This document shows positions 1 to 12,004 of a stretch of 54,265 nucleotides of DNA, piece by piece. Made by a program: the position numbers and the translations under genes. Origin of the DNA: Octopus bimaculoides (lineage: Eukaryota); contig NC_068986.1 in assembly GCF_001194135.2 (NCBI RefSeq), forward strand, positions 71,112,525-71,166,789, read 5' to 3'. Below the pieces are notes generated by a model. That model did not search any database. It saw only the letters and a program-made list of their open reading frames with translations, and had not been told where the DNA came from. Positions within the stretch are counted from its first letter, which is position 1. The number at the start of each line of letters is the position of its first letter.

Positions 1-1597
1 TGTGTGTGTGTGTGTGTGTGTGTGTGTATAATTTCGGTGGACGTGTTAAGAAATATTTGAGATTCAGTTGAATGAGGTACTTAAGTCGAAGCACCAAGTC
101 AGTACCGTATTATCCTTACAGCTCAAAGTTAGGGGAATAAAATCAAATGAAGCAACAGGATATCAAGGAGTGATGCAGTACGACCGTTTCAACCGACTTT
201 ATTTAATTGAACAATGCCATCATTTTATCAATATAAATGCAGGGCTATCTTGAGCTGCACAAGTCAATAAATAGAATTTTAATCAGTCGGACACATTAAT
301 ATAATTTTACTCAAATACTCTATTAGAGCAAGAAGATAGAAAACATCCATATCGTCGCTATTGTAGCTAAGAATATACTACACCTTCAAGAAATGTACGA
401 AGTTTGCTGGAGTCATAGCTTGTAAAGCATTGTGCTTCATTTTTAATTTATTAGTCTTTTTATCAACTACTAGATCTAAGACTAGAGGACAGTGTTTGTC
501 TAGAATGGAGGGCAGAAGTGCGTCGACAGCTCATAGCTTTGTATGGTCACAAATAGTCAAGATTTTAGTAGTATAATTAACTGTCTATAAAGGAGGCTGT
601 GTAGGGGAAGACCCCGAATCAAGATGTTAATTACTAGTTAAAGGGGCAACACGCTAATAAAACCTATAATGTTAATAGAGAGGAAATTTTATCATGGGGT
701 ATTATGGGTGATTGTATATAAACAATATTGTTATGCTGTATAAAGATAAAATTTAAGATTATCAAAAATGATATCATAACGAAAATAGATAAAATGTGTA
801 CATATACCAATTTTGAACATTAAAAAGGGAAGATTACATAGAATCAATTTAATATTCATTCATGTACTTAATTATTTACTTATTAGGTGGTTTCTATAAG
901 GACTGCTCTGGGTATTTACTTATAGAATACTGGAAAGATAAACATGCTATCTATATATTAATTATAAGCTAAGAATCAGAAAAAAAAGTTGTGTACAGAT
1001 ACACACACATATTTATCTATGTGCACACATGCACACATACACAAATATTTATACGCTATTATGGATATATTATAATCAACTCGCATAGACTTAAGTAACT
1101 AGAAAGTTTATATCTCTATTTAAGAACAGTAACAACTTATAAGGGATAAGAGGTTAATAGGTAAAGATGTCAAAATAAGAAAAGAAAATAATTAGAAATT
1201 ATGGAGAATAGTAAGAAATAAATATAACTTACATTTAAAGAGATAGGGTATTAAAACTTGATGTAGAGAAGAGATAAAGATAACCCCAAAGAAGAAGCAA
1301 TAGGTATGGGAGTATTGAGGGCAGTTGGAGGTATTCAAACTGAAGAGGTACTTTATAAGTTGCAAAGTTACGGGTGCTATTACATACATGATTTTATAGT
1401 TTCTCGGGGATATATAATTAGGAAACTTACTTACATAAAGTCATTACAAAAATACATAATATGATCAGTAGGGTAGAGCATCATAGAAAGGAACAAATAG
1501 TTTAATCACCAAAAACAATGATGAAGTCAGGCTAATTAAGCAAGATTATTCATGGGAAAGTAATTACATGTAGCACACTGCATGACATACCATATAG

Positions 1598-2242
1598 CTT
1601 ATAACAGTACCCACCACAAGAAAAGGAAGGCCGGAACACAAGCATAAAGAAGGAAAAGGAAAATGCAAAAATGAAACAACCAAAACCGAAACCCCAATCC
1701 ACCAATCAAAAAACAGAAAACCCCAAGGAGGATCCAATGCCATCGAAGACCCTACAGGAAAGAAGAAATTTGGAAGGCACTCAAGAACCTGCAAATGTTA
1801 CCTGCAAGGCAAATGTTGGCATAGGGAAGACGGCAAAAACTGCCGGTTTGTCCACCTGACACCCCGCGAAAACTACAAAGGCCTTAATGATAAAAACTTC
1901 CCTGAGGAAAGACGACAAATGTCTCCAAGAAAAAAATTCACCAAAGAAGTGCTCTCTTCAGAGATTATGCGCAACGCAGCAGCTGAGCAAGAGTCTTTTT
2001 TTGTACATGGCGCAGAAGATTGTGCAGCAGCTGACGTGGCTACACCAAGCACAGACAAGGAACCTTGCCCACCACTGCGCAAGACTAACACAGTCAACAG
2101 ACATGGGATGGCCTACCCTAACGCCTGCACAGTCATCACGCCAATATTTTTACTAAATATTGGGGCCTGTTGCATAATAATAATAAAAGCAAAATTTCTT
2201 TCCTGTGAGACCTTGCTGCATGCAATCAAGCCCTATGCATAG
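1598..2242 (+). pseudogene. LINE ORF1 remnant with CCCH-type zinc finger
   Basis: Stop-free frame from 1598 (upstream extension of track ORF 1919-2242) reads ...RTCKCYLQGKCWHREDGKNCRFVHL... at 1790-1855. Confidence 0.65.
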
Positions 2243-3009
2243 CACTCGTGGAAACTCACCTCAGCCCTGATATAGAGGCTGCAGAAGTACACGTACCAAA
2301 ATATGTCATACTGCGAACAGACAGAAGGGAAAGGAGCCATGGTGGAGTTGCTGTATACATCCGTGACGACCTCACACCCCAGGTCTTACTGTCATACTCA
2401 AATTCGGTATGTGACACTCTAATTGTGTACATAAGACAACATAATATAGTCATATGCAATACATATTGCCCACCAGATGCTCCAAACCATATAGGCAAAT
2501 TTGAAGATTGCCTCACTAGAATTAAAGAAATCCTCATGAAACTGGAACACCACGTGACCATATTTCTTATGGGTGATTTCAACTTGCCCAAAGTCAAATG
2601 GCCCGAAGGTCTCATACTCTCAGGAATGACTCATCGCAAACAAGCACCGGTGGAGTCCCTGCTCAACCTCACCAATGCCCTATTCATGGAGCAAGCTGGA
2701 GCGAATAACATTCTGGATCTCTGCTTCACGAACAATATGGACATCATTGATGATGTGAAAGTGACGCCGACATTAGTCTTGGATCACAACATAATAGAGC
2801 TGTCTATGTTTGGGCCGAAAGTAACCAGAGACATACAGCCTAAAGGAAGCACCCGAAATCTCTCCAATCTGAACTTCCACAAAGCAGACTGGAAATCGAT
2901 CCAGAAAGAGATCCTCAGAGAGGATTGGTCAAAATGTCTCTCCACACCAGACATTGTCATGAAACTAGAATGTTTCATGTCTATTGCGCAAGCCATATGC
3001 CAGAAATAG
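2146..3009 (+). pseudogene. LINE ORF2 apurinic-like (APE) endonuclease domain
   Basis: LNI(R)GL..KISFL*DL..IALVETHL, RTDR..HGGVAVYI, YCPPD, MGDFNLP, NILDLCFTN and DHNII motifs. One frameshift near 2160 and a TGA near 2205. Confidence 0.93.
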
Positions 3010-3074
3010 ACAGACAGTCCAACTAGGATCAGTGAGGTACTGAATGAGCAGTCCAAAATGTCTTCACCACTCCG

Positions 3075-4319
3075 TTGGAGCACAAACAAGTGAACGAACC
3101 AGTGGACTTCTTTGCTACCTCCCCTATAACCAGAGAGGCAGTTACGATGGAATACATCAACATTAGCGAAGATGTACTACTAGCTATAAATGAAGTGGAC
3201 ACAAACTCAACTGCTGGTCCTGATGGTTTCCCAGCAAACCTCCTTAAGTCGTGTAAGCATGCCCTGGCAAAACCCTTCGAGATCCTCTTCCAGAGCTTTC
3301 TCGCAAATGACAGACTGCCAAGCAAGCTGGAGGAGGGAATAATATGCCCAATCCATAAAGGGGGAAGCAGAGCAGATGCCAAAAACTATAGGCCTATCTC
3401 TCTGACTTCACACATCAGCAAAGTCATGGAAAGGATAGTCAAAGGAAAACTAATCGTATTCCTTGAAGAAAATAACTTGCTGAGTGATACCCAACATGGC
3501 TTTCGATCAGGTAGGAGATGCCTGACTCAGCTCTTACAACATTATGACTGCGTGTTGAGGCAGTTACTCAACAACTCAAATGTGGACGTAATATACCTTG
3601 ATTTTGCAAAAGCTTTTGACAAAGTGGATCATGGTGTGATATGCCACAAACCATGATCTTGGCATAGCTGGAAAACTTGGAGAGTAGTTACATGAATTTC
3701 TGAAAGATAGAAGTAAGGCAGTAGTGGCCAATGGAGCCACCTCTATGAAAACACAGATAGTGAGCAGTGTTCCACAGGGCACTGTCTTGGGACCATTGCA
3801 TTTTATAGTCGCCCTCTCAGATATGCCCTCAAGTGCCCGGATAGCCACCCTTGATAGCTACGCAGACGATACGAAAGTCTCGCAGAAAATACAGAAATCC
3901 AGTGATGTAGCAAATCTGCAGCAGGAGTTGGACTTAATTTACAGATGGGCTGAGGATAATAATATGCCGTTTAACGCTGAAAAATTCCAAGCCCTGCGCT
4001 ACCAACGTCCAAAACTGAATATGAAACTTATAGAGTACACTGGTCCGCAGGGAATTTCAATCCCAGAGTCTAAATCAGTGAGAGACCTGAGTATCGACAT
4101 GAGTGATGATACCTCTTTCCAAGTGCTCATTACCAGGATGGCGACAAAGTGCAGACGACTGGCTGGATGGATCCTGAGAACATTCAGAACCAGAGATAAG
4201 GAAACCATGATGGTCCTCTGGAGGACATTCATCCTCAGCCGCCTGGATTACTGCTCACAGCTATGGTCACCCACCAGTGTGAAATTAACAGCGGACCTTG
4301 AAGCAATCCAGAGAAGATT
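3075..4319 (+). pseudogene. LINE ORF2 reverse transcriptase domain (frameshift near 3650)
   Basis: AGPDG, NYRPISLTS, QHGFRSGR, YLDFAKAFDKVDH, VPQGTVLGPL, YADDTK and LDYCSQLWSP..LEAIQRR motifs. Confidence 0.96.
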
Positions 4320-4949
4320 NNNNNNNNNNNNNNNNNNNNNNNNNNNNNNNNNNNNNNNNNNNNNNNNNNNNNNNNNNNNNNNNNNNNNNNNNNNNNNNNN
4401 NNNNNNNNNNNNNNNNNNNNNNNNNNNNNNNNNNNNNNNNNNNNNNNNNNNNNNNNNNNNNNNNNNNNNNNNNNNNNNNNNNNNNNNNNNNNNNNNNNNN
4501 NNNNNNNNNNNNNNNNNNNNNNNNNNNNNNNNNNNNNNNNNNNNNNNNNNNNNNNNNNNNNNNNNNNNNNNNNNNNNNNNNNNNNNNNNNNNNNNNNNNN
4601 NNNNNNNNNNNNNNNNNNNNNNNNNNNNNNNNNNNNNNNNNNNNNNNNNNNNNNNNNNNNNNNNNNNNNNNNNNNNNNNNNNNNNNNNNNNNNNNNNNNN
4701 NNNNNNNNNNNNNNNNNNNNNNNNNNNNNNNNNNNNNNNNNNNNNNNNNNNNNNNNNNNNNNNNNNNNNNNNNNNNNNNNNNNNNNNNNNNNNNNNNNNN
4801 NNNNNNNNNNNNNNNNNNNNNNNNNNNNNNNNNNNNNNNNNNNNNNNNNNNNNNNNNNNNNNNNNNNNNNNNNNNNNNNNNNNNNNNNNNNNNNNNNNNN
4901 NNNNNNNNNNNNNNNNNNNNNNNNNNNNNNNNATATATATATATATATA

Positions 4950-5621
4950 GATGAAGATATGTACATACATGTACATATATATGCATATACTCATATATTG
5001 TTTGTATCACGACAGAACGCACGCGTTAACCTTTATACAGTAAGTTTTAACTATTTTTCCAACGCGACTCTCTCTATCTCTATATCTATGTCCCCCTCTC
5101 ATTCTTCCCTCTACTGTTCTTCGCCTCTACCTGTCACTACTATCACTCTCTCTCCCTATCTCTTGTTACTCGTCCTTCGCCTCTCACCGTTACTACTACT
5201 ATATCTCTCTCTCTCTACCTCTCGTTGCTCACTTTTATTCTACTTCCTGCCCTTCTTTTCCTTCTGCTACTCTTTCTCTTCACACAGCCGTGGTCACGTG
5301 TGTCCGGCTGCTTTTTCTTTTATTTCTTTTCGTTCTTGGACTCCCCAAGCTCGCACGTACTTCTTTGCCCCTCCTGTTCGTGCTTCACAGCGTTCAATAC
5401 ATACACACTTCGCGTCTGGCTGTACAGCCTTTATGCTTGTTCGTTTTTTCACCGTTTCNNNNNNNNNNGATGTTTCTATGTGGCTTGCTTGTTTGTTGTA
5501 CCTTGTTTATCATTTTGTCCATGTTCTTTTGCCACGTCGTGTACCCAGTTATGTATCTATATGTACATGTAGATGATGATATGTACATACATGTACATAT
5601 ATATGCATATACTCATATATT

Positions 5622-5625
<4 letters not shown>
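4950..5625 (+). mobile_element. Non-autonomous interspersed repeat with 54-bp direct terminal repeat (possibly PLE-derived)
   Basis: 4950-5003 matches 5572-5625 with 1 mismatch. Pyrimidine-rich body. 5469-5625 aligns by eye with 11757-11915. Confidence 0.5.
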
Positions 5626-5657
<32 letters not shown>

Positions 5658-6003
5658 TTTTATATTTATATATATATATTTATATATATATTTATATATT
5701 TGTATATATTCATATGTATATATATTTCTATTTATATGTATATTCTATATATATATTTATATTTATATATATTTCGTTATATAATTTCATTTATATATAT
5801 GTATGTGTATATATATATATGTATATATATATATGTATATATATATGTATATATATATGTATATATATATGTATATATATATGTATATATTTATATTTGT
5901 ATATACATATATGTTTGTATATATATTTGTTTATGTATATATATATATATTTGTATATATATTTGTGTATATATATATATATGTATATATTTGTATATAT
6001 ATT

Positions 6004-6051
<48 letters not shown>
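5626..6051. repeat. Degenerate (TA)n-rich microsatellite array
   Basis: Direct inspection; source of the YIYI ORFs. Confidence 0.95.
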
Positions 6052-6052
<1 letters not shown>

Positions 6053-6150
6053 CTGAGCACTCGGTCGGTAACGAAGAGGAGCGTCCCAGCTGATACGACA
6101 ACGGAACAGCTTCCTTGTGAAATGAAAGTGCAAGTAGCTGGGCATACATT
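6051..6150 (+). mobile_element. SINE internal-domain fragment
   Basis: gagcactcggtcggtaacg...caacggaacagc...gtgaaatgaaagtgcaagtagctg resembles a common octopus SINE body (from recall, not a database search). Confidence 0.45.
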
Positions 6151-6154
6151 CATA

Positions 6155-7026
6155 CCGGGGGTGCACGAAATTTTATATCATAGATGTATGTATCACAGAA
6201 ACTACATAGTCAAAGCAAATGAATATTCTTCTAAATTTGAATGAGAAATTTGAAGGTATGAGAAATTTGAAGGTATGAGAAAGTCAAAGGGTTCCATGAA
6301 CGATTTCACAAATGTTCATTATGCGCAGTGCCTGAGATACGACGCACGTCAAGTCGGTAGTCCAACTCCTTCCAGTCACGCTGCGGCGTGTCTTGCGCAT
6401 TAGTCTCCAGTGCGATAGTGATTCTCTGCTCGAGTTCCTCTAGGTTTTCATGAAGACGGCTATAGACGAGGCCCTTCACATAAACCCCATGTTTGCGCTT
6501 TCCCTTGTCATCTGCTGTTATGGCATGAGGAGCAGCATCTTGTAGGGCTTCATTAACAAGCGTTTCTTCAGGACGCGGAAAACTGTCGTCTGAGGAATCT
6601 GGGTTTCCAGACTTGTTCTTGTTATGGACTTTTTAGGGCTTTGCTAGAATTTTTGGCGAACCCGCTCGACCGTCTCTTCCGATGTTAGTGTCGTTCAGAT
6701 CCTTTTCCCCTGCACAGACAGCCTTCCGCTTTGAAAGTTTTGTACCATGTTCAAATCTGCATTGACGTTGGTGACTTTTTAGAGAACTCTCTCACAATTG
6801 CACGCTGCACAGTCTTGTTCGACTGTATTCGAGCATACTCTAACACACAAAACGCCTTTTCTCTTCCAGTGAATGCTATTTCTATACCTGAAAAGATAAA
6901 GATATCAAACGTTAAACATAATATTTCGAAGTGTTTCTACACATACTGTTAAAATTTGAAGTCATTTGAACAAGAACTTGCAAAGTTACTTGATTGCGAA
7001 ATGATATCAAATTTTTTGAAACACCC

Positions 7027-7028
<2 letters not shown>
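6155..7028 (-). mobile_element. Internally deleted Tc1/mariner element, DD41D (rosa)-type
   Basis: Imperfect TIRs (CCGGGGGTGCACGAAATTTT / AAATTTTTTGAAACACCCGG) flanked by TA. Minus strand encodes an N-terminal DUF4817-like HTH (AFTGREKAFCVLEYARIQSNKTVQRA..WYKTFKAEGCLC, start ATA at 6879) and the C-terminus ENLEELEQRITIALE..WKELDYRLDV..AHNEHL*. The DDD catalytic core is missing. Confidence 0.88.
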
Positions 7029-7070
<42 letters not shown>

Positions 7071-7447
7071 CTACTGTATTTTTCCGTCACCGCATATGAA
7101 TGAGAAATGAAGGGGTGATGGCAAACTTGGTAGTGAGATTATGGAAGTTCTACGGTGAAAAAATAATCAAACAGCGTTTCAACTTTGCGTGAGTATGTGT
7201 GTGTATGTAAAAGAGAGGTATGGGAATGTTCGTGTGTGTATGTGTGTGCGTGCGCGCGTGCGCGCATGCAATGGAAGTGGGATAGTGAACATACGACGCT
7301 GAAAATAAAAATCAAAGAGCGTTTCAACTCTGTGAGTACATATGTGCATGTGTGCGCGTGTACAAAGGAAATATGTGAATGTTTGTATTTGTGATTATGT
7401 TGTACCTTATTTATGTATTTTATACTACAATTACCCGTCATTTTTGA

Positions 7448-7451
<4 letters not shown>

Positions 7452-7514
<63 letters not shown>
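7452..7514. repeat. (TAA)n microsatellite
   Basis: Direct inspection. Confidence 0.95.
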
Positions 7515-7688
7515 TATATGCCTGCACATTTATATTTATTTATATACATATGTACATGTATGCAAATATATAAAATGGTTATTTTTATATCATATTAAAC
7601 GTAGATGTAACTTATCCTCTCATATAGACAGACGTACAGTGCTAAGAGCACTGACATATACCGTAACAGAGCGGCATGAGTATCGGAA

Positions 7689-7734
7689 CTGCCAGATCAC
7701 GTGATTTCAGTGTACTGTGCTTCATCAGTGGCAA
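7689..7734 (-). ncRNA. Minimal type I hammerhead ribozyme (AUC cleavage triplet)
   Basis: Minus strand: TTGCCA-CTGATGA-AG cacagtaca CT-GAAA-TCACGTG-ATC-TGGCAG. Core intact, 6-bp stem I, weak 2-bp stem II, palindromic stem III (ATCACGTGAT). Confidence 0.75.
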
Positions 7735-7883
7735 ACGTCCGGTCTTCCACACATTTTCCGCCTACTTGTAGGCACGAGGCTTCTATGGAAGACATTTCCC
7801 CGAAGTGCCACGCAATGGTACTGAACCCAAAGCCACATAGCTGAGTAGCGGACCGCTCAGCCATAAAGTCATTCCTGCGCCTA
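7735..7883 (-). mobile_element. tRNA-derived SINE 5' module (family A), diverged
   Basis: Aligns by eye with the 5' part of the copies at 47693-48100 and 23550-23936 (gaagaca..tgccacgca.tgg.actgaaccc..cctgcgcct). Confidence 0.75.
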
Positions 7884-8072
7884 AAATTATATTAAGACCC
7901 CTTAGTGCAAGTCCTGGATAGGACCGAACCCTGCAAAGAATATTCATAGCTGTTTCTACATATGTCTGTACTCACTAGACCACTGAGGCTCACATATTCA
8001 CACATACACATACGCACACACACATACACACACATATATGTACATATATATGCACATATACATGTATATGTT

Positions 8073-8223
8073 TCATGTGCGGCAAAAAGTTAACTTCCCA
8101 ACCACATAATTGCTGGTTTAGTCTCACTGCGCAGCACGTTTTGGCAAGTGTCTTTAACTACAGCCCTGGATCGACAAAGCCTTGTTAGTGGATTTGGTAG
8201 ACGGAAATTGAAAGAAGCTCTAC

Positions 8224-8304
<81 letters not shown>

Positions 8305-8349
8305 CGTGCGTACGTTTGTATGTGTGTTTGCGTGTATGTTTGTGTATGT

Positions 8350-8381
<32 letters not shown>

Positions 8382-8558
8382 CCCCTCCTCTACCGCTTGG
8401 CAACCAGTGTTGGTTTGTTTACGTCACCGTAGGTCAGCGGTAACTTTGTAGTAATAAGAAGCAGGCTTAAATGTAAAATAAAAAAAAGTACAGGGACTAA
8501 AACATTTCTAGGCAGCGCCCCAGCTTGGCCAGAGCCCAATGACTAAGACAAATAAAAA
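8073..8558 (+). mobile_element. tRNA-derived SINE (family A) with internal (TA)n/(TG)n
   Basis: gcaagtgtct..aaagccttgttagtggatttggtagacggaaattgaaagaagc is shared with other copies in the window. Confidence 0.8.
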
Positions 8559-9416
8559 ATGTAAGGATATATACATACGTATATAGATATACATATATAC
8601 ATGTGTGCGTTTGTGTGTATGTATGTATATATATACATTTATAATCTCAGAATTCTGTAGCCCTCGTGACATTAGCTATTTAAATGTCTTTGGTGTATTC
8701 TATTATTGGTTCCCGTCATCTGATTGCGGTCATTCCTGTGTATTGCCTTTAAAAGTAGAGTCGATTATATTGACTATTCTCTTGAGCAATATATTTTAGA
8801 CCAAATCGCTTATCAATAAGTGTTAAAAATAATACACTAGTACATTGAATACATTTTGACCAGTTTCAGCTATTCAGACTACAATCATTAGCCCCCATCT
8901 GTTAGGTTTTAGTCGGCCATATTGATCTCAGTATTTAGTTTATCGAACTCTCTTTACCGAATAGTTAAGTTATTTGGCATAATGGGTTACATCATAATTG
9001 CTAAATATTAAACACAGGTACCTAAATACGCACATGCATAAATACGACGGACTTCCATAAGTATTCTTTATCTGACTTCTACACGCATTTTATTGATCAG
9101 TTTGAAGCTTTTATAAGACTCACTTGATCAAGGTACCACGCATTGGGACTGAATCGGGAACCATACTGTTATGCATATGTCTATATATGTAATTGAATTC
9201 TTATATTCTAAGACTGAATGGTAAATATGTGATCGTATTTTTGAAATAGAATTTCTTTTTTGTACAGAAATATGAAGCCGATATGAAAGTGAATATAGTG
9301 TAAATAACAGCTCTAACGTTATTATTTTCATACACCTTTGTACATAATATGTCTATAAAGCTAAATCCTTGGGTTGTGTATTTATCAATATACTTTTTTA
9401 TTTTATTTTCAATACG

Positions 9417-9418
<2 letters not shown>

Positions 9419-9480
<62 letters not shown>
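9419..9480. repeat. (CA)n microsatellite
   Basis: Direct inspection. Confidence 0.95.
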
Positions 9481-10729
9481 TTCATGCAGAGTCACATTCA
9501 CATATTTACACATACATTCATATACATGCCCACAATGTTTCCCAAATATTAAAATTATCACATAAAAGCATACATACTCATTGAGGTAGAAGTATACACA
9601 TTAAAATGTTCATACAAATTTGCTGCACAAATGTCAGAATTTTTTAAAGTATAATTCTGCAAATGATCTGTTTATATAAACAGACTATTTACAGAAGTTG
9701 AAAAAGAAAAGAGAAAGAAATTAAAATTTATAATGTTCTACTACAAAAAAGAAATCCCAACTTATAAATGTTTTAATACATATATATTTTTTCCTTATTC
9801 GTTGCATTTGTATAATGCACCATCGCTCTGTAGTTGTTTTGCATATGGACACTTGGGAAAACGAAGGGGGCCTATGATTTAACAACATTCACTTCCATTA
9901 TATTAATATAACTTTTTGCTTTAGGCATTATTTCCCAGATTGGATTTTCACAATGGAAAAGAAATACAAACAAAATCCCTGTAACGAGTTCCCTGAAGCA
10001 AATGTTTATTCTTGAGCTCCTTTCTAGTATTCTATGTTAAATATATGTCACCCGTGAAGATAATATGATAGTCATGCGTCCCTAAAGACAATGGATATTA
10101 GGAAAATTACTGTTATATGTGTACAAATGGAGGACTATTGGGTTTCTGTTTACATTCATTTAGCTAAGTACATAATTTATCTATTTTCTTGTTTCAATTT
10201 GCTCCTGATAAGTGATATTCATGTGTTGGGACTAGTCACTGTCTGTTCTATTCAATGACATTTATTACTTTATTATTGCTGCATACAAATGGCGATGGAA
10301 GAATAAAGCTACAACAGAGAATTTATCGATATTCGACAGAATATTGATTGAAGTAAATAGACACTCGTTGAAGCTTCAAGCACTAATTAATATACGTTTT
10401 AATTTGATATAACTATTTCCCTTATATAGCAATATATTTATTAACAATCGTTTTAATCTTTTATGATTATTTTTAGTGTATTTTTTTCTAATATTTAATA
10501 GATTACAAATGTGGTATGAATAGATGATTCATTTTCCTCATTATGAAAGAGAGAAACTATTATCACTGTAACATATCTAAAGGAGTGAAATTCACTCTGC
10601 GTTGCACTTTTTGCGCCAGCGGAAAAAATTATCATTATGGGGCATGAAGTTCAGTAGATTCCGACGAAGTGGTTTAGACGCTTATATGTACATATTTATA
10701 TCTATACATACATGAAACAGATATAAGTA

Positions 10730-10883
10730 TTCGTATCCGTATGTAACCACATGTGAATTGTTGGCGATTTTTTTCTCTGTCTTCCTTTTCACTTGGACTG
10801 TCTCCTGTCTCCTGTTTCTGAAGAAGAACTTTCCTCGAAACGAAAAACCACCTTTCTTTCCTTCCCTGAGCGTCTGCTAATAC
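10730..10883 (+). mobile_element. Penelope-like pLTR fragment with decayed hammerhead (10813-10848)
   Basis: Aligns with 26190-26345. Motif TGTTT-CTGAAGA-agaactttcctc-GAAAC-GAA-AAAC, with the cleavage triplet mutated GTA to GAA. Confidence 0.75.
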
Positions 10884-10893
10884 NNNNNNNNNN

Positions 10894-11210
10894 ATGTATA
10901 TATATGTATGTATATATATGTATATATATATATGTATAAATATTATATGTATGTATATATATATGTGTATTTATATATACGTATATATATATGTATATAT
11001 ATATGTATATATATGCACATATATGTATATGTTTATGTATATGTATATGTATATATATATATATATTTAATATGTATATATATATATGTATATATGTGTA
11101 TATATATGTATATATATATGTATATATATGCATATAATATGCATATTTATATGGATATATATATGTATATGTATATATACGGATATATATATATATATAT
11201 ATATTTATAC

Positions 11211-11245
<35 letters not shown>

Positions 11246-11255
11246 NNNNNNNNNN

Positions 11256-11346
<91 letters not shown>

Positions 11347-11547
11347 TTGCATATACATGTATACATATGTATATATATATTTGTATATATGTATATATGT
11401 GTATATATATATGTATATATGTATATATATGTATATATGCATACATATATATATACATAGACATATATATACATATATACTTAGATATATATACATATAT
11501 ATNNNNNNNNNNACATATATACTTAGATATATATACATATATATATG

Positions 11548-11592
<45 letters not shown>

Positions 11593-11705
11593 GTATATAT
11601 ATGTATATATGTGTATATATATATGTATATATGCATGTATTTATATATGTGTATAAGTGTATATAAATGTATATATATATATGTATATATGTATATATAT
11701 GTATG
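10894..11705. repeat. Large degenerate (TA)n-rich array with small N-gaps
   Basis: Direct inspection. Confidence 0.95.
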
Positions 11706-11707
11706 CA

Positions 11708-11915
11708 TCAACTCTTCGAAACGCCGGCGTTAAAATGGGGGTAGCTGATGAAGGAAAATGTTCTCTATGTGACCTGTGTGTTTTCTGTACTCTGGTTATT
11801 ATTATTTTCTTGTCTACGTTTTGTTTGCAATGTCCTGTACCCAGATATGCACCTATATATACAGGTAGACGTAGGTATGCACATACCTGTACGTATATAT
11901 GCATATACTCATTTA
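11708..11915 (+). mobile_element. Fragment of the same repeat family as 4950-5625; begins with a hammerhead-like 3' half
   Basis: ctcttc-GAAAC-GCCGGC-GTT (palindrome AACGCCGGCGTT), then gctgatgaagg. Downstream part aligns with 5469-5625. Confidence 0.5.
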
Positions 11916-11973
11916 TTATTTGTTTTACATATATATATATGTATATATGTATATATATATATATGTATATATG

Positions 11974-12004
<31 letters not shown>

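Larger units (their letters stand above)
1560..4319 (+). mobile_element. CR1-group (CR1/L2/Crack-like) non-LTR retrotransposon, degenerate; 3' end lost in N-gap 4320-4932
   Basis: ORF1 remnant, APE endonuclease and RT domains occur in the canonical order, interrupted by stops and frameshifts (see sub-features). Confidence 0.92.

Noticed and set aside
280-1560. Purine-skewed AT-rich stretch that may be a minus-strand PLE-like remnant
   Set aside because: No hammerhead core, terminal repeat or coding motif could be confirmed.
4235-6166. Long track ORFs rich in X, YIYI or CICI
   Set aside because: They run through the N-gap 4320-4932 or (TA)n arrays; artefacts.
9733-9880. Faint similarity (KKEI, EG) to the 44267 signal-peptide exon suggesting a paralog
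   Set aside because: Too short and low-complexity, with no consistent frame, signal peptide or donor.
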